Of a stretch of 64,000 nucleotides of DNA, positions 23,346 to 36,046 are shown one piece after another (within the stretch, counting starts at the first letter, position 1; every line of letters starts with the position of its first letter). A program made the translations under genes and the position numbers. Source of the stretch: Scyliorhinus canicula (taxonomy: Eukaryota); assembly GCF_902713615.1 (NCBI RefSeq), contig NC_052158.1, forward strand, positions 39,361,729 through 39,425,728, written 5' to 3'. Under the pieces are notes generated by a model. That model was not told where the DNA came from, ran no database searches, and saw only the letters and a list, made by a program, of their open reading frames with translations.

Positions 23346-26300
23346 TGATGCACCATCAATCGGACACGAGGCGAGAGGTAGTTCCAAACGACAGGCCTTA
23401 ATACACTAGATATGTGCCCGGCAGTAGACGTACAGAGAAAGGCAGACTGCCAGCCGGTACGGGTTCTTATACCCTGTCTCGTAGGCAGAGCTACCTACCT
23501 CTCAGCCTATCGGCGGGGAGGCACGTGGCTAGCCTCAGCCAATTGGCAGAGAGGCACATGTGCCTGGGCCAATGGGTAGTGAGCCTTCTGCACCAATGGC
23601 AGCTTGGTTCTAGGGTACTGTAATCTCCCTAGTCATATTACCACATTCACCCCATGTTGAGAAAGAAGCAGCGGGGGTGCCCCGCGGGTGCGTGAGACTG
23701 GTAGTGTGACGAGAGATGTTTAAGTCGTACCGAGTTATCTATGGCTGCCCACTGGCCCGCGACTAATGTGCAAGAAAGCGATAATACTATTTACAGTGTA
23801 CGAGGGAACAAAAAAATTGAGAACAGGCAAGGAACATATGCAAGAACACAAGAGTCCATAAAGTCGATCAGTACATCAAATTGACTCGATCAACCGGGTG
23901 GGTGCCTTCGATGTCCTGCTGGACCTGTGCAGCGGTGTCGGTGACGTCGGAGCGATTGTCGTCCGTGACTCCGGGAGCAGCAGTCCTGGTCCTGTGTCCG
24001 TACCCTTGGTCGGAGTTGGCGGTGGCCAGGCCGGGGAAGGGGGTTCCTGTGCACCGGGTTGCGGGGCGTCGGTGGGGTCGGGAGGAGGAGCGCCAGGGAC
24101 CGTTGGGACTGGAGGGGGGGGTGTGGCCGCACTCTGGCGGGTGCCAGATCCCGAAGGGAGACCGTGTCCTGTCGTCCGTCGGGATACTCCATGTACGCAT
24201 ACTGCGGGTTGGCGTGGAGTAACTGGTCTCTTTCAACCAACGGGTCGGACTTGTGCACCCGCACATGCTTCCGGAGCAGGATGGGCCCGGGGGTGGCCAG
24301 CCAGGTCGGGAGCGAGGTCCCTGAGGAAGACTTCCTGGGAAAAACAAGAAGACATACGTGAGGTGTTTGATTCGTGGCGGTACAGAGAAGTGACCGAATA
24401 GAGTGGAGGGCGTCTGGGAGGACCTCTTGCCAGTAGGAGACCGGGAGATTCCTGGACCGTAGGGCTAGCAGGACAGTCTTCCAGACCGTACCGTTCTCCC
24501 TCTCGACCTGTCCGTTACCCCGGGGATTGTAACTGGTCGTCCTGCTGGAGGCTATGCCCCTGCTGAGCAGGAATTGACGCAGCTCGTCACTCATAAATGA
24601 GGACCCCAATCGCTATGGATGTAAGCGGGGAATCCGAACAGGGAGAAAATGGTGTGGAGGGCTTTTATGATGGTTGTCGTGGTCAGGGCAGGGGATGGCG
24701 AAAGGGAAGCGGGAGTACTCGTCAATCACCTTTAGGAAATACGTGTTGCGGTTGTGAGAGGGGAGGGGACCTTTGAACTCCATGCTGAGACGTTCAAAGG
24801 GGCAGGAAGCCTTAATAAGGTGCGCTTGTTCGGGGCGGTAGAAGTGCGGCTTGCACTCCGCGCAGATGTGGCATTCCCTAATGACTGTCCTGACCTCCTC
24901 AATAGAGTTGGGCAGGTTGCGGATATTGACGAAATGAAAAAAGCGGGTGACCCCCGAATGGCAGAGGTCCGCGTGGAGGGCTCGAAGGCGGTCCACCTGT
25001 GCGTTGGCACAGGTGCCGCGGGACAGGGCATCGGGAGGCTCGTTTAGCTCGTTTAGCTTCCCAGGACGATACAAGATATCGTAGTTGTACGTGGACAACT
25101 CGATCCGCCACCGCAAGATCTTGTCGTTCTTGATCTTGCCCCTTTGTGCATTATCGAACATGAAGCCACTGACCGTTGGTCTGTGAGGAGGGTGAACCTC
25201 CTACTGGCCAGATAGTTCCTCCAATGTCGCACTGCTTCGACAATGGCCTGTGCCTCCTTTTCCACCGAGGTATGGCGGAGTTCGGAAGCGTGGAGGGTTC
25301 GGGAGAAGAAGGCCACGGGTCTGCCCGCTTGGTTGAGGGTGGCCACCAGAGCTACATCAGGCGCGTCGCTCTCGACCTGGAATGGGAGGGACTCGTCGAT
25401 AGCGCGCATCATGGCCGTTGCAATGTCTGCTTTGATGCGGCTAAAGGCCTGGCGGGATTCCGTAGACAAGGGGAACGTGTTGGACTGGATGAGAGGGCGG
25501 GCTTTGTCGGCGTAGTTAGGGACCCACTGGGCATAATAGGAAAAGAAGCCCAGACAGCGCTTGAGGGCTTTGAAGGAGTTGGGGAGGGCAAGTTCCATTA
25601 GGGGGCGCATGCGTTCGGGGTCGGGGCCTATTACTCCGTTACGCACTACGTAGCCGAGGATGGCTAGACGGTCGGTGCTGAAACGCACTTATCCTTATTG
25701 TAAGTGAGGTTAAGGAGTTTTGTGGTACGGAGGAATTTGCGGAGGTTGATGTCGTGGTCCTGCTGGTCATGGCCGCAGATGGTGACGTTGTCGAGATACG
25801 GGAAGGTTGCCCGTAAACCGTATTGGTCAACCATTCGGTCCATCTCCCTTTGGAAGACCGAGACCCCATTTGTGACACCGAATGGAACCATTAAAAAGCG
25901 GTAGAGTCGCCCATCCGCCTCGAACACGGTGTACTTTCGGTCACTCGCGTGGATGGGGAGCTGGTGGTAGGCGGACTTAAGGTCCACCGTGGAAAAGACT
26001 TTGTACTGCGCGATCCTGTTAACCAGGTCGGAGATATGGGGGAGAGGGTACGCGTCCAGCTGCGTAAACCTGTTGATGGTCTGACTGTAGTCTATGTCCA
26101 TCCAACTTTTGTCCCCAGTCCTAACCACCAGCACTTGTGCTCGCCAGGGGCTGTTGCTAGCCTCGATGACTCCTTCCTTCAGAAGCCGTTGGACCTTGCA
26201 CCTGATGAAGGTCCGGTCCTGGGCACTGTACCGTCTGCTCCTGGTGGCGATGGGTTTGCAATTCGGGGTGAGGTTTGCAAACAAGGACGGGGAATCGACC

Positions 26301-28032
26301 TTGAGGGACGCGAGGCTGCAGACAGTAAGGGGGGAATAGGGCCGCCGAATTTGAAAGTTAAACGCTGGAGATTGCAGTGGAAGTCCAATCACAGGAGTGC
26401 TGCTGCGCAGAGGCGGGGAAGGATGAGGAGTTTATAGTTTTTAAACACCCTCCCCTGGACCGTGAGGTCCGATATGCAGCACCCGGTGATCTGGACCGAG
26501 TGCGAACCGGAGACCAGAGCGATTTTGTGTTTCACTGGGTGAACGGGGAGCGTGCAGCGTCTTACCGTGACGGGGTGGACAAAACTCTCTGTGCTCCCGG
26601 AGTCCAGTAGGCAGTTCGTCTCATGGCCGTTAAGGAGGATCTTCGTGGTTGCCGTGAAAAGCGTGCAGGGCCGTGACTGATCCAAAGTCACCGAGGCGAG
26701 TCGTGGCAGGAACTCGGAGTCATCATCCAGCAGCGAGTGGTCACTTGCGGGGTCCTCCGTGCCGATCCAAGATGGCGGCGCCCGTCGGCAGCACGTGGTG
26801 GGGGGTGAACAAGATGGCGGCACCCGGGGGTTGCATGTGGATTCGGAGGTCCAAAATGGCAGCATCCGGGGATCACTCGTGGCGGTGGGGGGTGGGGGCA
26901 GCAAGGTCCGTGGGCCGCACGGGGCCCTAGAGGAGTGCGGGGGGGGGGACCCGCGGTCACTGTTCGGGACGGCAGTAACCGACTTTGACTGACAGACGGC
27001 CGCAAAGTGGCCCTTCTTGCCGCAGCTTTTACAGGTTGCGGTGCGGGCCGGGCAGCGCGGGCCGGGGTGCTTGGCCTTACCGCAAAAGTAGCAGCGGGGC
27101 CCCGTGGGTTTATCGGCATGTCCCGCGGCGCAGGTCTGGGGGGGGTCCGAGTCTGCGGGGGTGAGGGGGTCGTGTTCCACGCTGCCCAGGGGGCCACCGT
27201 GCGGCCGGGGGCATACGCGTGGGCGTTGCGGTCAGCGACCTCTAAGGAGGATGCGAGGGTCCGTGTCTCAGCGAGGCTTAAAGTCTTTTTCCAGGAGTCT
27301 CTGGCGTATCTGGGATGATTGCATACCTGCAACGAAAGCGTCTCTGATCAAAAGTTCGGTATGTTCAGCCACAGAAACTTGAGGGCAGGCGCAATTTCTC
27401 CCAGGACAATGAGGGCCCGGTAGAATTCGTCGAGGGACTGACCGGGGAATTGCTGTCTCATAGCCAGGAGGTGCCGCGCGTAGACCTGATTCACCGGCCT
27501 GATGAAATGTCCCTTCAGCAGGTCCATGGCGGCGTCATAGTCGAGTTCAGCCTCTATAAGAGAGTAGATGGCGGTGCCCACGCACGAGTGGAGGATGTGG
27601 AGTTTCTGTTCCTTAGTCGGCCGGTTTTCTGCTGTGGTGAGGTAGCTGTTAAAACACGCCAACCAGTGTTTAAACGTTGCTGACGCATTTGTGGCATGCG
27701 GGCTGATGCGGAGGCATTCTGGCTTGATCCGGAGTCCATTTCAAAATTCTAGTCTATTAAATTGATGCATCATCAATCGGACACGAGGCGAGAGGTAGTT
27801 CCAAACGACAGGCCTTAAAACACTAGATATGTGCCCGGCAGTAGACGTACAGAGAAAGGCAGACTGCCAGCCGGTACGGTTTCTTATACCCCGCCTCATA
27901 GGTGGAGCTACCTACCTCTCAGCCTATCGGCGGGGAGGCACATGACTTGCCTCAGCCAATGGGCAGCGAGTCTTCTGCACCAATGGCAGCTTGCTTCTAG
28001 GGTACCGTAATCACCCTAGTCATACTACCACA
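23346..28032 (-). mobile_element. Complete but decayed Ty3/Gypsy LTR retrotransposon, 5-bp TSD ACCCT
   Basis: TG..CA LTRs 23346-23645 and 27763-28032; TSD 23341-23345 and 28033-28037; minus-strand gag CCHC (CKSCGKKGHFAAVC), PR DSGS (~26600), RT YLDN (25664-26392), RNase H (25053-25688), integrase (23890-25161) in Gypsy order; multiple frameshifts. Confidence 0.95.
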
Positions 28033-29440
28033 ACCCTCCACTCCCACACAGTGCACTCCCTCACCCTCCACTCCCTCAGTGCACTCACTCAACCTCTTCG
28101 TCCCTCCCATGCACTCCCTCACCCTCCAATCCCTCACAGTGCACTCTCTCACCCTCCTCTCCCTCACACTGCACTCTCTCACCCTCCACTCTCCCAGTGC
28201 CCTCTCTCACCCTCCACTCTCCCAGTGCCCTCTCTCACCCTCCACTCCCTCACAGTGCACTCTCTCACCCTCCACTCCCTCACACTGCACTCTCTCACCC
28301 TCCACTCCCTCGCACTACACTCTCTCACCCTCCACTCCCTCACACTGCACTCTCTCACCCTCCACTCTCCCAGTGCCCTCTCTCACCCTCCACTCCCTCA
28401 CAGTGCACTCTCTCACCCTCCACTCCCTCAGACTGCACTCTCTCACCCTCCACTCCCTCACACTGCACTCTCTCACCCTCCACTCCCTCACAGTGCACTC
28501 TCTCACCCTCCACTCCCTCACACTGCACTCTCTCACCCTCCACTCCCTCACACTGCACTCTCTCACCCTCCACTCCCTCACACAGCACTCTCTCACCCTC
28601 CACTCCCTGACAGTGCACTCTCTCACCCTCCACTCCCTCACAGTGAAATCTCTCACCCTCCACTCCCTCACAGTGCACTCACTCACCCTCCACTTCCTCA
28701 CAGTGCACTCCCTCACCCTCCACTCCCTCACAGTGCACTCACTCACCCTCCACTCCCTCACAGTGCACTCACTCACCCTCCACTCTCTCACACTGCACTC
28801 TCTCACCCTCCACTCCCTCACACTGCACTCTCCCACCCTCCACTCCCTCACATTGCACTCTCTCACCCTCCACTCTCTCACCCTCCACTCCCTCACAGTG
28901 CACTCTCTCACCCTCCACTCCCTCAGTGCACTCTCTCACCCTCCACTCCCTCACAGTGCACTCTCTCACCCTCCACTCCCTCAGTGCACTCCCTCACCCT
29001 CCACTCCCTCACAGGGCACTCGCTCACCCTCCACTCCCTCACCCTCCACTCCCTCACCCTCCACTCTCTCACCCTCCACTCCCTCGCAGTGCACTCTCCC
29101 ACCCTCCGCTCCCTCACAGTGCACACTTCCACCCTCCACTCCCTCACAGTGCACTCTCTCACCCTCCACTCCCTCACACTGCACTCGCTCACCCTCCACC
29201 CTCACAATGCACTCCCTCACCCTCCACTCCCTCACTTTGCACTCTCTCACCCTCCACTCCCTCACACTGCACTCTCTCACTCTCCACTCCCTCACAGTGT
29301 GCTCTCCCACCCTCCACTCCCTCACAGTGCACTCTCTCACCCTCCACTCCCTCACACTGCACTCTCCCACCCTCCACTCCCTCACAGTGCACTCGCTCAA
29401 CCTCCACTCCCTCACAGTGCACTCGCTCACCCTCCACTCT
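28033..29440 (+). repeat. 15/30-bp C-rich satellite, right part
   Basis: Same unit as 21850-23345. Confidence 0.95.
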
Positions 29441-29568
29441 GTCTCTGTTCATATTTACCATGTGTGAGTCCGTTTAATAGTTTATACTGATGAAATCCAG
29501 GGTCCAGGATAGAAAATGTCATTTCCTTGATTTAACATTTTATTCATTTTTTGTTATTATTTTCTCAG

Positions 29569-29600
29569 CTTCTGATGTCCCTGTTCCGGAAGCTTCTTGA
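29569..29600 (+). CDS. Class I gene 1, last coding exon (TSDVPVPEAS*)
   Basis: ttctcag acceptor, phase 1, TGA then CTCA-gtaagt; identical coding sequence in the inverted copy at 55613-55644. Confidence 0.8.
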
Positions 29601-29639
29601 CTCAGTAAGTGAAATTTTAATTCAACTCCCATTGACATC

Positions 29640-30660
29640 ACTCCCTCCTGACCCTGTCTCACTCTCCCAGACACTGTTAAACCTGTCAGACTAATTTCAC
29701 TCCCTCCTGACCCTGTCTCACCCTCCCAGACACTGTTAAACCTGTCAGACTAATTTCACTCCCTCCTGACCCTGTCTCACCCTCCCAGACACTGTTAAAC
29801 CTGTCAGACTAATTTCACTCCCTCCTGACCCTGTCTCACCCTCCCAGACACTGTTAAACCTGTCAGACTAATTTCACTCCCTCCTGACCCTGTCTCACCC
29901 TCTCAGACACTGTTAAACCTGTCAGACTAATTTCACTCCCTCCTGACCCTGTCTCACCCTCCCAGACACTGTTAAACCTGTCAGACTAATTTCACTCCCT
30001 CCTGACCCTGTCTCACTCTCCCAGACACTGTTAAACCTGTCAGACTAATTTCACTCCCTCCTGACCCTGTCTCACTCTCCCAGACACTGTTAAACCTGTC
30101 AGACTAATTTCACTCCCTCCTGACCCTGTCTCACTCTCCCAGACACTGTTAAACCTGTCAGACTAATTTCACTCCCTCCTGACCCTGTCTCACTCTCCCA
30201 GACACTGTTAAACCTGTCAGACTAATTTCACTCCCTCCTGACACTGTCCCACTCTCCCAGACACTGTTAAACCTGTCAGACTAATTTCACTCCCTCCTGA
30301 CCCTGTCTCACCCTCCCAGACACTGTTAAACCTGTCAGACTAATTTCACTCCCTCCTGACCCTGTCTCACCCTCCCAGACACTGTTAAACCTGTCAGACT
30401 AATTTCACTCCCCTCCTGACCCTGTCTCACCCTCCCAGACACTGTTAAACCTGTCAGACTAATTTCACTCCCTCCTGACCCTCTCTCACTCTCCCAGACA
30501 TTGTTAAACCTGTCAGACTAATTTCACTCCCTCCTGACCCTGTCTCACCCTCCCAGACACTGTTAAACCTGTCAGACTAATTTCACTCCCCTCCTGACAC
30601 TGTCTCACCCTCCCAGACACTGTTAAACCTGTCAGACTAATTTCACTCCCTCCTGACCCT
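29640..30660 (+). repeat. 59-bp minisatellite (~17 units) in the post-stop intron of gene 1
   Basis: ACTCCCTCCTGACCCTGTCTCACCCTCCCAGACACTGTTAAACCTGTCAGACTAATTTC. Confidence 0.97.
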
Positions 30661-30721
30661 GAACCGATTGTCTTGTTTCTCTCCATTCCTTACCTCGTGG
30701 GTTTACTGGGCTCCACTGCAG

Positions 30722-31290
30722 GACATTCCCGGAGTCACATTATGAATAACGGGATTGGCCTGTTCTAGTGTGAACCTGGACATCATTGTCCATCCTTCCA
30801 TATCACAGCAGACACACAGAATTACAGCTCATTGTTTACACTCAGTTACTTGATGATTAAAATCTATTTTTCCCGGGAATGTGTTTCCACAGATTGAACA
30901 GTGGTTTGCGGATCCCGGTTGGGATTCAGATTCTTCAAGTGAGAATAGCTCACGTCGCGTTTCCATCCAGTATCAGCAATGTGACGTCTCTCACAGTCGA
31001 AGGGATGTTTAGGGACGGCTTTTCTCTCGCACTTTCTGATTTTCCAGCCCTTCTTCAGGCCGAGTAATAAACCTGAACTGAGTTAATTATATTGAGGAAA
31101 CTCAAGAGATACTTTTTATATTCAGAGAAACTTATTTTGTTTGCACTTTATGTTAAATTTGAACTGTTGTATAATGAACCTTTCATAAAATTTATAACTG
31201 AAATATTTTTATATAAGAAAGTATGTTATTATTTAGATCATCAATATTTCTCTATGAGAACTGATAATTGTAATTTGTAATCAATAAATA
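30722..31290 (+). other. Putative 3' UTR exon of gene 1 with polyA signal AATAAA at 31283-31288
   Basis: ctgcag acceptor at 30721; AATAAA conserved in the inverted copy (TTTATT 53702-53707). Confidence 0.55.
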
Positions 31291-31699
31291 TTTATAATGA
31301 ACAAATAATTGTTGGTGTTTGACTTGTCTGAATTCTTCTTCACTGTTTTCATAAGAAAGGTTTAATTCATTCACTCAGCAGCGTGTGACCCTTGGAATGG
31401 GAACTTGTTGAGGTTCAATTCAATGTGAACTGGCTGAGTTCATACCAAATGTCAGCATCATTCACTGCTTCCCATCAGCATTGATTCACTTGTTTACAGA
31501 AAAGAAGATGACAGCGAGAGACAGAGGAGAGGAAGACGCCTCATAACTTTAGTGAATCAAACTCCAACACATTTCCCAATGAGGTGAGGGTGAAGTGCGA
31601 CCAGCTTCTCAGTAATGTGAAGTGTAGAGAACCTCAGAAAGTTAGTGTCTTGGTGAGGAAGGAGGTCACAGAGACTCTGAGTGGGAACAGCTCTACGTA

Positions 31700-31935
31700 C
31701 GAACATATGACCAAGGAACAGGAGTAGGCCACTCGGCCCCTCGAGCCTGCTTCACCAATAAGATCATGGCTGATCTGATTGTAACCTCAATCCCACATTC
31801 CTGCCGACCCCGATAACCTTTCACCCCCTTGTTCAGCAAGAATCTATCCAGCTCTGCCGTAAAAATATTCAAAGATTCTGCTTCGACCTGCTGTTCAGGA
31901 AGAGAGTTCCAGAGACACAATCTCTGAGAGAGAGA
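31700..31935 (-). mobile_element. CR1/HER1-type LINE 3' fragment
   Basis: LWNSLPEQ..EAESLNIF..ELDRFL C-terminal motif and typical 3' tail. Confidence 0.75.
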
Positions 31936-32118
31936 GAAGAATGTTACCTTTAGTCTTTTATCCATTAGATTCTACAGACAATCTGACTCCAACAACCCGT
32001 CCTGTGATTAACCTTAGACACCCACAGACACAGCTTACCCTGACCTACACAGAGATATAAATGATACACTGATCATCACACTAGTCTGTCCAAACTCTCC
32101 ACATAAAACCCATTGTCA

Positions 32119-32288
32119 GGGGCTGTTTAGCACAGGGCTAAATCGCTGGCTTTGAAAGCAGGCCAGCAGCACGGTTCGATTCCCATAACAGCCTCCATGA
32201 ACAGGCACCGGAATATGGCGACTAAGGGCTTTTCACAGTAACTTCATTGAAGCCTACTTGTGACAATAAGTGATTTACATTTCATTTC
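32119..32288 (+). mobile_element. tRNA-derived SINE with GGCTTTTCACAGTAACTT..GTGACAATAAG tail
   Basis: A/B-box-like head; related copy at 34636-34797. Confidence 0.65.
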
Positions 32289-32329
32289 TAGTAAACCTTC
32301 CCGGAATTGCTTCCAACACATTTTGATCC

Positions 32330-33122
32330 TCCACAGCTCCAGGGTCCCAGGTTTGATTCCGGCTTGGGTCACTGTCTGTGCGGAGTCTGCACATCCTCCC
32401 CGTGTGTGCGTGGGTTTCCTCCGGGTGCTCCGGTTTCCTTCCACAGTCCAAAGATGTGCAGGTTAGGTGGATTGGCCATGCTAAATGAATTTAGAATTTA
32501 TTTATAAATAAATTCATCATAGAATTTACAGTGCAGAAGGAGGCCATTCGGCCCATCGAGTCTGCACCGGCTCTTGGAAAGAGCACCCTACCCAAGGTCA
32601 ACACCGCCACCCTATCCCCATAACCCAGTAACCCGACCCAACACTAAGGGCAATTTTGGACACTAAGGGCAATTTTGGACACTAAGGGCAATTTATCATG
32701 ACCAATCCATCTAACCTGCACATCTTTGGACTGTGGGAGGAAACCGGAGCACCCGGAGGAAACCCACGCACACACGGTGAGGATGTGCAGACTCCGCACA
32801 GACAGTGACCCAAGCCGGAATCGAATCTGGAACCGTGAAGCTGTGAAGCAATTGTGCTATCCACAATGCTACTGTGCTGCCCCATCCACAATACTACCGT
32901 GCTGCCCAATCTCATCTGGGTTTCCTCTCAGAGTCCAAAGATGTGTGGGCTAGATGGGTTGGCCATGCTAAATTGTACCTTAGTGTCCAGGGATGTGCAG
33001 GTTGCGTTATGGGGTGACAGAGTTGGGGCGGAAGGGACATGGGTAGAGTGATCTTTCAAAGGGCCGGTGCAGAGTCGATGGGCCGAATGGTCTCCTTCTG
33101 AACTATAGGGATTCTGATTCTC
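32330..33122. mobile_element. Cluster of three HE1/V-SINE copies (+, -, +)
   Basis: GGGTCACTGTCTGTGCGGAGTCTGCACATCCTCC..CCAAAGATGTGCAGGTTAG core in both orientations. Confidence 0.85.
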
Positions 33123-33259
33123 CATGAGGCCAAAACCGGGTTTGAGTCAAACCCATTGTGAGTCTCCTGGCCCCGCCCAGCAGCCCTGACTCCTGTCAAA
33201 TCCTGTGTCCCCCACCCAGCATGATTGGGGGAGGGGCAGATTCTGCCCAATGTGTTCAC

Positions 33260-33562
33260 TGTGAGGGGGGAGTCCAGGGTCCCAGTGTCTCCTCTCTTTA
33301 CACTGGAGCTGCTGGACGAGGTCTCTTCAATCTCACTGTGAGGGGGGAGTCCAGGGTCCCAGTGTCTCCTCTCTTTACACTGGAGCTGCTGGACGAGGTC
33401 TCTTCAATCTCACTGTGAGGGGGGAGTCCAGGGTCCCAGTGTCTCCTCTCTTTACACTGGAGCTGCTGGACGAGGTCTCTTCAATCTCACTGAGGGGGGA
33501 GTCCAGGGTCCCAGTGTCTCCTCTCTTTACACTGGAGCTGCTGGCCGAGAACTCTTCAATCT
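33260..33562 (+). repeat. 77-bp tandem repeat (~4 units) directly upstream of the gene 2 promoter
   Basis: GTGAGGGGGGAGTCCAGGGTCCCAGTGTCTCCTCTC... repeated. Confidence 0.9.
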
Positions 33563-33566
33563 CTCA

Positions 33567-33582
33567 TTTCTGTTTCACTTTC
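33567..33582. promoter_or_regulatory. ISRE of gene 2 promoter (TTTCTGTTTCACTTTC)
   Basis: GTTTCACTTTC = GAAAGTGAAAC IRF consensus, ~265 bp upstream of the leader ATG, as in class I promoters. Confidence 0.7.
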
Positions 33583-33814
33583 TGAAACGCAACCTGTCTG
33601 AGTTTAATCTGCCTGGTAACTGGTGACTGAAGGTTGTTTATTTCTTTAACTGGGTAATTTTCTGAGACTAACAATCATCCATCCTCTGGTTCTGCTCTTG
33701 AGGAAATGATTAGATTAGATCTGGAGTTAAACATTAAAATGGAGTCTGTGTTTGTATTTTCCCCAGTCTATAAACAGGATTAGTTTCCCCCTCAGAGAGT
33801 TTGATTCCCAGTCA

Positions 33815-33822
33815 CTGATTGG
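33815..33822 (+). promoter_or_regulatory. MHC Y box (inverted CCAAT, CTGATTGG)
   Basis: Exact CTGATTGG ~25-30 bp upstream of the leader ATG. Confidence 0.7.
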
Positions 33823-33845
33823 AACAGGGACAGTGGATTCCCAGA

Positions 33846-33897
33846 ATGTTCCTGATCCTTTTCTCCATCTCCCTGTGTTTTTCCTGGGTCTCTGCCG
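33846..33897 (+). CDS. Class I gene 2, leader exon (MFLILFSISLCFSWVSA)
   Basis: Hydrophobic 17-aa peptide ending VSA, phase-1 G-gtaagt donor matching the alpha1 acceptor phase. Confidence 0.85.
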
Positions 33898-34635
33898 GTA
33901 AGTACAGAATTCACTCTTCCATTCTCACTCTCACTCTCTGGGTTAATGTGAATCTTTTGGGGAGAGTTTGAAATGGGTGATATTTGATCAGACGCCTGTT
34001 ATACAGCCAGCCTGATATCTGAAACCATTGAAGTCAGCACAGTGTGTCAGACTCTGATGGGATTTGTGTCCAGCTCTCCTGACAGCAGGATGCAGAAACA
34101 CCCGGATCAGAGAAACTTGGAGCAAATGGAAAATGCTTCAAATGGACAATTTTAATTTTCACATCGATTGGGAGAAGCAAAACAGCTTCATCATTCCTGG
34201 TCTAAAGTCTTCGAAACACTCCGGGGAGGAGAAGGATAATCCATGTTTCACCCACCCCAGGATCAGCTGTGATGCCCTCATGGTTGAATAGGCCAGGTTA
34301 TCTCAGACCACCAACATCCTGGTGAGCATGTATAAAGGGGAGATTAAAAAGCTCAGTGAAGGACAGTGGAGATCGTGCTCTGGATTGTCCATCACCCAGT
34401 TTGACAGAGAGACTGTTCACACAGTGACTGTCGTCCACCCCCCCGGGCCCGTCCATGATGTAACGTTCTGCTCACAACAAACTAAAACTGGATCACACGA
34501 CCCACTTTTCTCCAGGTGATGTAAATCTGTTGTGTTTAAAAAGAGATTACAGCAAAGATGATAAACAACAGCACAGTCTTGAGTGACTCTGACTCTGTGT
34601 TTACTCCCTGTTCTGAGAGGCTGCAGCACGATGTG

Positions 34636-34797
34636 GGCGGAACAATAGCACAGTGGTTAGCACTGTTGCTTCCAGATAAATTGGACATTCTGAATTCTCC
34701 TTCTATGTACCCCAACAGGCGCTGGAATGTGGCGACGAGGGGCTTTTCACAGTAACTTGCACTGTTAGTTTACTTGTGACAATAATAAAGATTATCT
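34636..34797 (+). mobile_element. Internally deleted tRNA-derived SINE in gene 2 intron 1, absent from the matching gene 1 sequence
   Basis: AGCACAGTGGTTAGCAC head and ..GTGACAATAATAAAG tail interrupt homology to 3165-3350. Confidence 0.7.
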
Positions 34798-35025
34798 AAT
34801 TGTGACTCAGTTTAATATGTAAAAGACCTTACTGTGGCCATCCCAGATCAGTGCCGGCATCTCAACATCAGTTTAATATAATACTGTTTCAAATATCAGA
34901 CAGGATTTTGACATTGTGATAAAGAGGTGAATTATTGGAGATTGTCACTGTGTGGATGGACCGCACTTTGATCAGATTCTGGGTGTGTAAATGTAAATGT
35001 TTATTAACCTGTCACTTTTTTACAG

Positions 35026-35280
35026 TCACTGACTCACTGACTGTGATCTACACGGCAGTTTCTGGAATTGATGACTTTCCTGAGGTTACTAACGTTGCAA
35101 TAGTGAAGGGAGTTCAAGTTAATTATCATGACACTCACATTCGTCGGATGATCCCCAGGATCATGATGGAATATTTTGATAAGGAATATTGGGAACATCT
35201 CACATTTGTCGTCAATACACGATCAGACATGGCGATAGAGAATCTGAATACTGTAATGAAGATGACAAACCAGACAACCG
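35026..35280 (+). CDS. Class I gene 2, alpha1 exon (85 codons, open)
   Basis: ttttacag / G-gtaag; VTDSLTVIYTAVSGIDDFPEV..EYW..TNQTT. Confidence 0.93.
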
Positions 35281-35559
35281 GTAAGATCAGTGATACAAAT
35301 CTCCCACTGACTGACCTGTTTAATGTGTATGAGCCAGGTACCCAGCCACAGTCACACTGCAGACTGTGACGTTGGAGTGTACGTGTGTGGGACCATGAAT
35401 CAGGGACACATGGATGGTTATTCTAAGATAAAAGCATCTTACTGCGGATGCTGGAATCTGAAACAACTGGACAATCTCAGCAGGTTGTTATGTGAAATAA
35501 GAGGCTGTTTGGCTAGCTAAAGGTAACTTTGTCTTGCTGGGAGCTGGTTAGAGGTGGGG

Positions 35560-36011
35560 TGGTCTTTGGGGCTGGTTCTGTTTTTGGGTGTTTTTTTTCT
35601 AAAGTGGCTGTTTCTTCACTTCACTGTTTTTTTTGATTGTTTACTGGGGAATGTGATGCTTTGAATATGTTTGTCCAAGTGGGGGGTGAGGGGAGAGAAC
35701 AATGGGGAGACAGACTGCTTGGTGCTATGGATGGGCACTATCAAGTCAGCATGGGTCAGCTGACTCAAGGAAGCACAGTGGGAGGCGACCAGGTGTTAAG
35801 CTGGAGCTTGACTTGGGGGGTTGGATTTCTAGTGTTGTTGCTCGGGGGAGAGTGAGCTGCTTTGCTCACGGGGAGGAACTGTTACTAGGGGACAAATGGG
35901 AGGTTGGGAATGGCAAATGCCTGAGCGGGGGCTCGAGGAGGTGGAGGGCACGATTTAGAGGCTGGCCTAAAAAGTGTGATGGCTAGTCGGCAGGGGGGGA
36001 GGAGCAGGAAG

Positions 36012-36046
<35 letters not shown>

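Noticed and set aside
14960-28032. Autonomous, active L1 or Gypsy
   Set aside because: L1 ORF2 has an RT deletion and frameshifts; Gypsy gag-pol is broken into several frames.
21850-29440. Many CACAGTG heptamers resembling V(D)J recombination signals
   Set aside because: They are part of the 30-mer unit; no ACAAAAACC nonamer at 12/23 spacing and no V/D/J segments seen.
21905-29490. Long His/Pro/Leu or Glu/Gly/Val ORFs up to ~500 aa (also 55723-59191, 13988-14859, 62868-63671)
   Set aside because: Low-complexity read-through of satellites, open on both strands and in several frames; some run through N gaps.
34585-34630. Leader-like peptide VTLTLCLLPVLRGCS (also ~3170-3210)
   Set aside because: No ATG, no adjacent donor, frame not conserved between copies; a proper leader exists at 33846-33897.
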